From positions 1,309-65,308 of the forward strand of contig JBDLTT010000040.1 of NCBI GenBank assembly GCA_039805725.1: a stretch of 64,000 nucleotides of DNA, given 5' to 3'. Positions within the stretch are counted from its first letter, which is position 1. Every line of letters starts with the position of its first letter. The stretch comes from Pseudomonadota bacterium (GTDB lineage: Bacteria; Pseudomonadota; Gammaproteobacteria; Burkholderiales; Rhodocyclaceae). Made by a program: the position numbers and the translations under genes. Shown here piece after piece: positions 56,942-64,000 of this stretch. Under the pieces are notes generated by a model that did no database searches, was not told the DNA's origin, and saw nothing but the letters and a program-made list of their open reading frames with translations.

Positions 56942-59695
56942 TCATGCATCTGACAATGGAATGGTAAAGAGGAAGGTGGAGCCGGATTCGATCTCATCGC
57001 CAGCGGCAGTGGTGCCGCCCGTCGTGCTCTCAACCCAGAGTTTGCCACCAAAGTGTTCAATAATTTCTCGGCTAATCGGCAGCCCAAGCCCGGTACCCTG
57101 GGGCTTATCGGTCATGGTATTGCCGCCCTGGCGAAATCGTTCGAAGATGATTTCCTGATAAGCCTCCGGGATACCGGGGCCGTTATCATGTACTGCCACG
57201 ATGGCAAAACCATTACTGCGGCTCAGGCGCACCGTGATACGACCGTTGCCTTCCGGTACGAACTTCACGGCATTAGACAATAGGTTGATGATCACCTGCT
57301 TGATTCGGTCCCGATCCACATCCACCAGCACCGGCAGATTATCTTCTGGCAGGGTGATCACACAGTCCGCACCGCGTGTCCGGAAGAGCTGACCCAGAGA
57401 CGCTGCTGTCTCGTCAACCAGTTCACGCAAATCCAGTTGCTCAACCAGCCAATCGACCCGACCGGACTCCAGCTTGGCAAAATCGAGAATCTGGTTGATC
57501 AGCCGGGTCAGACGCTCGGCCTCCCCGACGATGATGCCCAGAAACCGCGTACGGTCCTCTTCTGCCATCTCCGGGTCGGCGTGCAGCATCTCGGAAAACG
57601 CACGAATCGAGGTCAATGGTGTGCGCAGTTCATGGGTCACCGTCGACATAAAGTCGTCTTTCAGCCGATCAACTTCCATCAACTTATCATTGGCGGCACG
57701 CAGTTCACGACTCGCTTCTTCCAGCTCTGCCGATTTGCGTTCCAGTTCCCGCGAGTGCGCACGCACCTGAGAAGCCTCATCCAGAATGTTCAGCACCTCA
57801 TCAAAACCGAGCTCTTCTTCCTGAACGACAGAACTGACCATCACATGGGCGCTGGCAGAGCCAATCGTACCGGCCAACTGTGTTTCTGCAAACATCACAA
57901 AATCAGCATCCGCTTTGAGTTCGCCAATTTTGCCAATCCCACGATCCTTGGCGTAGCGCTGCAATCGACTCTGCGCCTGTTTGGGTCCCAGAAAACGCTT
58001 AAGCAACTCGATCAGGGAGTCTGCAGAGGCCGTACCACGCCATATTTTTGGCGCGAGCGATACCGAACTGTTGATGTTGACGAATTGACTGGCTGTTGCT
58101 AATTCATTGGCATTCTGTCGGGTCAGCATGGAGACAATCACATATCCACCCAGGTTGAATAGGAGGCTCCAGAACAGCGAGTGTGCGATCGGATCCAGGG
58201 TTGTTAGACCAAACAAACCATGCGCCGCCAAGCCATCGATGCCCCACGGCCCTTGCGTAATGAAATCACTTGCGATCCAGCCTGATTTACCAAATGAGGG
58301 TAACAGCGCCGTATAGAGCCAGACGGCAAACCCCAACAGCAGCCCGACCATCGCTCCCTGCCGATTACCTTCTTTCCAGTACATACCCCCCAACAGCGAT
58401 GGTGCAAATTGTGCGACCGCCAGAAACGAGATGAGTCCAATCGATACGAGCGCGTACGCCTCACCGGCAAAGCGGAAATAGAGGTAGCCCAGAAAGAGCA
58501 GAAACACAATGGTGCAGCGACGAATCAACATGATCACGCCGCTCAGATCTTTACGGGTCGTGAAATCGAAGCGGCCATGCAGCAGAATTGGCATCACCAG
58601 GTCATTGGAAACCATGGTCGCCAGGGCGATCGTCTCTACAATCACCATACCGGTTGCCGCCGACAACCCCCCCAGGAAGGCCAACATCGCCATCGCATTG
58701 GTACCCTCGGCGAGTGGCATGGTCAGAACCAGGGTGTCTGCTTCGAAAGCTTGTCCATTGAACTGAATCAGTCCCGCCAGCGCAATCGGTAAGACAAATA
58801 TATTGATCAGCAAAAGATAAAGCGGAAACATCCAGACCGCCCGCCGCATATGTGTTTCATCAACGTTTTCTACAACCGTAATCTGGAACTGCCGAGGCAA
58901 CATCAGAATGGCCAAGCCGGAAAGTAATGTCAGCGCAAACCAGTTACCAAAATTAATCGATTCCGGCTGTAACAAACGGGCAATTGCCGGAATGGCCTCA
59001 GCGCGGGCGAAAAGGTCACCAAAACCGTCGTTCAGATACCAGACCACATAGGCGCCGACGGCAAGGAAGGCAATGAGCTTGAAAACAGATTCAAACGCGA
59101 TGGCCAGCACCATGCCCTCATGGCGCTCGGTCACATCCAGATGACGCGTACCAAAAACAATCGTAAACGCCGCCAGAATGATGGCAATCACCGCTGTCGA
59201 ATCCGGCATGAACGCCAGTGATTCCAACGCATCCGGAATCAAGGCCTGCGCATCGTCCGGGAACAAGATCTTGAGGCTATAGGAAATCGCCTTCAATTGC
59301 AGCGCGATATAGGGAATAATCCCCACCACGGCAATCACGGTCACCAGTCCCGCCAGCAACTGGCTCTTGCCGTAGCGCGCCGCAATAAAATCAGCGATCG
59401 ACGTCAGGCGCAACGTTTTGCTCACGCGGATCATCTTGAGAATGACGGCCGCAAACAGGAACATGATCGTCGGGCCGAGATAAATGGTCAGGAAGCTAAA
59501 ACCACCCGTGGTAGCGCGCCCCACGCTACCGTAAAAGGTCCACGATGTGCAGTACACAGCGATCGCTAAGGCGTAAACCGTCGATGTAATCACCGAACGC
59601 CCGGCATCCGCACGACGATCGCCGAAGCGGGCAACGGCAAACAAAAGACCCAGATAGACAAAGGTCAACAGCGCGACGACCCATGTTGCAATCAT
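56942..59695 (-). CDS. SLC5(SSS)-STAC sensor histidine kinase (CrbS/CbrA-like)
   Basis: AVYCTSWTFYGSVG, LPRQF, STAC-like FAETQLAGTIGSASA, H-box THELRTPL, NLLSNA, DNGPG, GTGLGL. Confidence 0.92.
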   Translation of the reverse strand: MIATWVVALLTFVYLGLLFAVARFGDRRADAGRSVITSTVYALAIAVYCTSWTFYGSVGRATTGGFSFLTIYLGPTIMFLFAAVILKMIRVSKTLRLTSIADFIAARYGKSQLLAGLVTVIAVVGIIPYIALQLKAISYSLKILFPDDAQALIPDALESLAFMPDSTAVIAIILAAFTIVFGTRHLDVTERHEGMVLAIAFESVFKLIAFLAVGAYVVWYLNDGFGDLFARAEAIPAIARLLQPESINFGNWFALTLLSGLAILMLPRQFQITVVENVDETHMRRAVWMFPLYLLLINIFVLPIALAGLIQFNGQAFEADTLVLTMPLAEGTNAMAMLAFLGGLSAATGMVIVETIALATMVSNDLVMPILLHGRFDFTTRKDLSGVIMLIRRCTIVFLLFLGYLYFRFAGEAYALVSIGLISFLAVAQFAPSLLGGMYWKEGNRQGAMVGLLLGFAVWLYTALLPSFGKSGWIASDFITQGPWGIDGLAAHGLFGLTTLDPIAHSLFWSLLFNLGGYVIVSMLTRQNANELATASQFVNINSSVSLAPKIWRGTASADSLIELLKRFLGPKQAQSRLQRYAKDRGIGKIGELKADADFVMFAETQLAGTIGSASAHVMVSSVVQEEELGFDEVLNILDEASQVRAHSRELERKSAELEEASRELRAANDKLMEVDRLKDDFMSTVTHELRTPLTSIRAFSEMLHADPEMAEEDRTRFLGIIVGEAERLTRLINQILDFAKLESGRVDWLVEQLDLRELVDETAASLGQLFRTRGADCVITLPEDNLPVLVDVDRDRIKQVIINLLSNAVKFVPEGNGRITVRLSRSNGFAIVAVHDNGPGIPEAYQEIIFERFRQGGNTMTDKPQGTGLGLPISREIIEHFGGKLWVESTTGGTTAAGDEIESGSTFLFTIPLSDA

Positions 59696-59925
59696 GACGT
59701 GCCCCGGTCGACGTTTGATTTGAGCTGCCCACTGGTCGACGGCTCGGTGATGCGGCGCGCGATGAGAATCACCGCCAACCACCATACAAAGAGAAGCACA
59801 TAAAGTAACGGCCAATCACCCACACTACCGCGATACAGCGAAAGCAATGGGTAATTGAATACCAGCAGAGACACAAAGCCGATGACCCCCAGCTTGAGCA
59901 AGGTCTTCTGCATGGCTTTGGGCAT
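59692..59925 (-). CDS. Small two-TM membrane protein coupled to the kinase
   Basis: AAGGAG RBS; FNYPLL...WPLLYVLLFVWW; ATGA overlap with kinase start. Confidence 0.8.
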   Translation of the reverse strand: MPKAMQKTLLKLGVIGFVSLLVFNYPLLSLYRGSVGDWPLLYVLLFVWWLAVILIARRITEPSTSGQLKSNVDRGTS

Positions 59926-59954
59926 GTCAACTCCTTACGAACTAAAGTGCTTAA

Positions 59955-59992
59955 AGAGAAAAACCGGCGCAGACTCCCGCGCCGGTTTCTCT
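59955..59992 (-). terminator. Terminator-like hairpin after acs
   Basis: AGAAACCGGCGC-GGGAGTCT-GCGCCGGTTTTTCT on minus strand. Confidence 0.7.
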
Positions 59993-60111
59993 GTCAATCA
60001 TTGGCTGATTTCTGATGATCAGCTCAAAATCCGGCTTTCACCGGTGTCGCGAGCCACCCTCCTCCTGAATGATCGCGACGGGAGCGCCGGTACCGGCGCT
60101 CCTGATCCCGC

Positions 60112-62067
60112 TTAGCCCTTGAGCTGCTCAAGGATATGCGGGTTTTCCAGCGTCGAGGTATCTTGCGTGACTTCCTCACCCTTAGCCAGGGAGCGGAGCA
60201 GACGACGCATGATCTTGCCCGAACGGGTCTTCGGCAGGTTCTCACCAAAGCGGATGTCTTTCGGCTTGGCGATCGGACCGATTTCCTTACCTACCCAATC
60301 CGACAGTTCCTTGATGACCTTCTTGGCTTCATCTCCGGTCGGGCGCGAACCCTTCAGCACGACAAACGCCACAATCGCTTCACCGGTCAGATCATCCGGA
60401 CGGCCGACCACCGCAGCTTCGGCCACCAGCGGATTTGCCACCAGCGCCGATTCGATTTCCATGGTGCCCATACGGTGACCCGACACGTTCAGTACGTCAT
60501 CGATACGACCGGTAATGGTGAAGTAACCATTTTCGGCATCACGGATAGCGCCGTCACCGGCCAGATACAGCTTGCCACCCAGATCTTCCGGGAAGTACGA
60601 CTTCTTGAATCGATCAGGATCGCCCCAGACCATACGAATCATCGACGGCCAAGGCTTCTTCACGACCAGGATACCGCCCTGACCCCATGGCACTTCGTTG
60701 CCGGTCTCGTCGACCACGGCGGCCTGGATGCCCGGGAACGGCAGCGTGCACGAACCCGGCACCAGCGGCGTTGCACCCGGCATCGGGGTGATCATGTGAC
60801 CACCGGTTTCGGTCTGCCAGAAGGTATCGACGATCGGGCAGCGGCCGCCACCCACGTTCTCGTAGTACCACTCCCAGGCGGCCGGGTTGATCGGCTCACC
60901 GACCGAACCCATCAAGCGCAAGCTCGACAGATCATACTTCTTCGGATGGATCGCCGGATCAGCATCGGCCGCCTTGATCAGCGAACGGATGGCGGTCGGC
61001 GCGGTGTAGAAAATATTAACCTTGTGCTTCTGAATCATGTCCCAGAAACGGCCGGCGTTCGGATAGGTCGGCACGCCTTCAAACACGACTTCGGTACCAC
61101 CACACGCCAACGGGCCATAGGTGATATAGGTGTGGCCCGTGACCCAACCGATATCGGCCGTGCACCAGAAGACGTCTTCTTTCTTCAGGTCGAAGGTGTA
61201 GAGCATCGTGAGCATGGCGTGCAGCAGGTAACCGCCCGTCGAGTGCTGAACGCCCTTCGGCTTGCCGGTCGAACCCGAGGTGTAGAGCAGGAACAGCGGA
61301 TGCTCGGCTTCAACCCAGACCGGATCACACTTGTCCGACTGCTTGTCGACCACATCACTGGCCCATACGTCGCGGCCAGCCGTCATATTAACTTCGGTAC
61401 CCGTGCGCTTGAACACCAGCACTTTCTTGCAACCGTCACAGCCACCCATACCAAAAGCTTCATCGGCGATGGCCTTCAGCGGTAACGCCTTACCACCACG
61501 GAACTGACCGTCGGTGGTCACCAGCACCTTGGCGCCGGCATCTTCGATACGGTCACGCAGCGACTGCGCCGAGAAGCCACCGAACACCACCGAGTGCGTT
61601 GCGCCGATGCGGGCACAGGCTTGCATCGTAGCAATGCCATCAATCGTCATCGGCATGTAAATAATGACGCGATCACCCTTCTGTACACCCAGCTCCTTCA
61701 GTGCGTTGGCAATCTTGCAAACGCGAGCCAGCAGTTCTTTGTAAGTGACTTTGGTCACCTGGCCATCGTCGGCTTCGAAGATGATTGCAACTTTGTCACC
61801 CAGACCTTTTTCGATCTGACGATCCAGACAGTTGTAGGAGGCATTCAGCTTGCCATCAACAAACCAGCCGTAGGTCGGCGCCTTCGACTCGTCGAGTGTC
61901 TTGGTAAACGGGGTTTGCCAGCTTAGTAGTTCCTTAGCGCGCTTGGCCCAGAAACCCTCGTAATCTTTTTCTGCTTCGGCACACAGCGCCTTGTACCCAT
62001 CCATGCCCGAAACTGCAGCGTTCTTCACGAAATCCGGGGACGGTTGGTACACCTTGGCATTCGACAT
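60112..62067 (-). CDS. acs: Acetyl-CoA synthetase
   Basis: [44 protein letters not shown]. Confidence 0.98.
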   Translation of the reverse strand: MSNAKVYQPSPDFVKNAAVSGMDGYKALCAEAEKDYEGFWAKRAKELLSWQTPFTKTLDESKAPTYGWFVDGKLNASYNCLDRQIEKGLGDKVAIIFEADDGQVTKVTYKELLARVCKIANALKELGVQKGDRVIIYMPMTIDGIATMQACARIGATHSVVFGGFSAQSLRDRIEDAGAKVLVTTDGQFRGGKALPLKAIADEAFGMGGCDGCKKVLVFKRTGTEVNMTAGRDVWASDVVDKQSDKCDPVWVEAEHPLFLLYTSGSTGKPKGVQHSTGGYLLHAMLTMLYTFDLKKEDVFWCTADIGWVTGHTYITYGPLACGGTEVVFEGVPTYPNAGRFWDMIQKHKVNIFYTAPTAIRSLIKAADADPAIHPKKYDLSSLRLMGSVGEPINPAAWEWYYENVGGGRCPIVDTFWQTETGGHMITPMPGATPLVPGSCTLPFPGIQAAVVDETGNEVPWGQGGILVVKKPWPSMIRMVWGDPDRFKKSYFPEDLGGKLYLAGDGAIRDAENGYFTITGRIDDVLNVSGHRMGTMEIESALVANPLVAEAAVVGRPDDLTGEAIVAFVVLKGSRPTGDEAKKVIKELSDWVGKEIGPIAKPKDIRFGENLPKTRSGKIMRRLLRSLAKGEEVTQDTSTLENPHILEQLKG

Positions 62068-62371
62068 GTTGCATCTCCTCGCTATTGTTAGATACTGCCT
62101 GGTTACTCCGAGATGCTTCCGCACTTCGGGCCGGCATCTAGGCGCCAGTTGCGGATTTGAGCAACCGGGCCGTACGCTGGGTACGGGATCATTTAATGAC
62201 CTGAGCCTTACACCCTGCTTACACACCAAACCCTTTAATCACGCGGCTTTTATGTGGCGTCGCAGCAATAGCTCGATCGACGCCAAACCACCGCAAGCGC
62301 CGACTTTTTATTACAATTCAACTCACGCCGCGAGCGCCCTACTCAATCATCTTCGCCGTCCGGGAAAAAAC

Positions 62372-63901
62372 ATGAGCACGATCAAGCAGGAAGACTTTAT
62401 TCAGTCCATCGCCGACGCCTTTCAGTACATTAGCTACTACCACCCCCTGGACTACATCAAAGCCCTGGGCGAAGCCTACAAACGCGAAGAAAGCCCGGCG
62501 GCCAAAGACGCTATTGCCCAGATACTGACCAATTCGCGCATGGCCGCCGAAGGCCACAGACCGATCTGCCAGGATACCGGCATTGCTGTCGTTTTCCTCA
62601 AGGTTGGCCAGAACCTGAAATGGGACGCCACGCTCAGTGTGCAGGAAATGGTCAACGAAGGTGTCCGTCGCGCCTACCTGAACCCGGACAATAAACTGCG
62701 TGCTTCAGTGCTGCTGGATCCGGCCGGTGCCCGTAAGAATTCCAAAGACAATACCCCGGCGGTCGTGCACTACGAAATCGTCGAAGGTGACGAGCTGGAA
62801 GTCATCTGCGCCGCCAAGGGCGGCGGGTCGGAAAATAAATCCAAGTTCTACGCGCTCAACCCATCGGACTCGATCGTTGACTGGGTGCTGAAGACCCTGC
62901 CAACCATGGGTGCTGGCTGGTGTCCGCCGGGGATTCTGGGCATCGGGATCGGCGGCACCCCGGAAAAGGCCATGCTGCTTGCTAAAGAATCGCTGATGGC
63001 GCCATGTAACATTCACGAGCTGCATGCCAAGGCCGCCGAAGGCCAAACACTGACCCGGGTTGAAGAACTGCGCCTGGAACTCTACGAAAAGGTTAATGCC
63101 CTCGGCATTGGAGCTCAGGGTCTGGGTGGCCTGACCACCGTGCTCGACGTCAAGATTCTGGATTACCCGACCCACGCCGCTTCGCTGCCAGTTGCCATGA
63201 TCCCCAACTGTGCTGCGACCCGTCACGTGCACTTCCACCTCGACGGCTCCGGCCCTGCCCATCTACCGACGCCAAAGCTAGAAGACTGGCCGGATATTAC
63301 CTGGGCACCGGACGCCAAAAAGGCTAAGCGCGTCAACCTCGACACGCTAACCAAAGCCGAAGTCGCTTCGTGGAAACCGGGCGACATCCTGCTGCTCAAC
63401 GGCAAAATGCTCACTGGCCGGGATGCTGCCCACAAGCGCATCCAGGACATGCTGGCGCGTGGCGAGAAACTACCGGTCGACTTTACCAACCGCGTCATTT
63501 ACTACGTCGGTCCGGTCGATCCGGTGCGTGATGAAGTCGTTGGCCCGGCAGGTCCGACGACCGCCACCCGGATGGATAAGTTCACCCGCATGATGCTCGA
63601 GCAAACCGGCCTCATCGCCATGGTCGGCAAGGCCGAGCGCGGCCCTGCCGCCATCGAAGCGATTCGCGACAACAAGGCGGCTTACCTCATGGCGGTCGGT
63701 GGTGCTGCTTACCTTGTGTCGAAGGCCATCAAGGAAGCCAAGGTCGTCGGCTTCAACGATCTCGGCATGGAAGCTATCTACGAGTTCACCGTCGAAGATA
63801 TGCCCGTTACGGTGGCCGTGGATTCTTCGGGCACCTCGGTACACGAAACCGGTCCGAAGGAGTGGCAAGTCAAGATCGGCAAAATTCCGGTCAAGTCCTG
63901 A
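62372..63901 (+). CDS. Class I fumarate hydratase (Fe-S)
   Basis: PICQDTG, KGGGSENK, CPP, CAATRH, GRDAAH, GPTTATRMD. Confidence 0.95.
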   Translation: MSTIKQEDFIQSIADAFQYISYYHPLDYIKALGEAYKREESPAAKDAIAQILTNSRMAAEGHRPICQDTGIAVVFLKVGQNLKWDATLSVQEMVNEGVRRAYLNPDNKLRASVLLDPAGARKNSKDNTPAVVHYEIVEGDELEVICAAKGGGSENKSKFYALNPSDSIVDWVLKTLPTMGAGWCPPGILGIGIGGTPEKAMLLAKESLMAPCNIHELHAKAAEGQTLTRVEELRLELYEKVNALGIGAQGLGGLTTVLDVKILDYPTHAASLPVAMIPNCAATRHVHFHLDGSGPAHLPTPKLEDWPDITWAPDAKKAKRVNLDTLTKAEVASWKPGDILLLNGKMLTGRDAAHKRIQDMLARGEKLPVDFTNRVIYYVGPVDPVRDEVVGPAGPTTATRMDKFTRMMLEQTGLIAMVGKAERGPAAIEAIRDNKAAYLMAVGGAAYLVSKAIKEAKVVGFNDLGMEAIYEFTVEDMPVTVAVDSSGTSVHETGPKEWQVKIGKIPVKS

Positions 63902-63926
63902 GTTTCACTTGCAGGAAAACAACCGG

Positions 63927-64000
63927 GTGCCGACAACGCAGCGTCCCGTGATCGGGGTCTTCGACTCCGGTCTGGGCGGTCTGTCGGTACTTGGTGCCCT
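63927..64000 (+). CDS. murI: Glutamate racemase, 5' end only (runs off window)
   Basis: GTG start after AGGA; reads ...PVIGVFDSGLGGLSVL. Confidence 0.88.
   Translation, partial: MPTTQRPVIGVFDSGLGGLSVLGA

Noticed and set aside
50572-59925. Acetate module as a tRNA-Val-integrated island
   Set aside because: It lies on the 5' side of the tRNA, with no integrase or att duplication seen.

Overview
A core-genome stretch of a betaproteobacterium, probably Rhodocyclales-like (inferred from gene order and protein sequences). It holds nuoD(5' end)-C-B-A, tRNA-Leu, secG, tpiA, glmM, folP, ftsH, rlmE, yhbY, greA, carBA, dapB, bamE, fur, recN, nadK, hrcA-hemH-grpE-dnaK-dnaJ, a small accessory block after cysS, ppiB-lpxH, yccA, rlmD, bamC-dapA, mltB, surE-pcm-nlpD-rpoS, hns, tRNA-Pro, the thrS-infC-rpmI-rplT-pheST-ihfA cluster, tRNA-Val, acs, class I fumarase and the start of murI. 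I saw no IS, prophage or CRISPR array. Two things stand out. (1) A 7-gene module downstream of acs (50629-59925): small membrane protein, SLC5/STAC histidine kinase, lone receiver, a membrane PAS protein whose kinase-like DHp has His replaced by Glu and is fused to an intact DEDDh exonuclease, a GlnD/GlnE-like DUF294 nucleotidyltransferase, an ActP-type symporter fused to its DUF4212 small subunit, and a YggT-like protein. This looks like a post-translational nucleotidyl writer/eraser circuit with no DNA-binding output. (2) A 51-aa ArfA-like basic ORF (26231-26386) missing from the ORF track. Family assignments come from motif recognition only; no searches were run.
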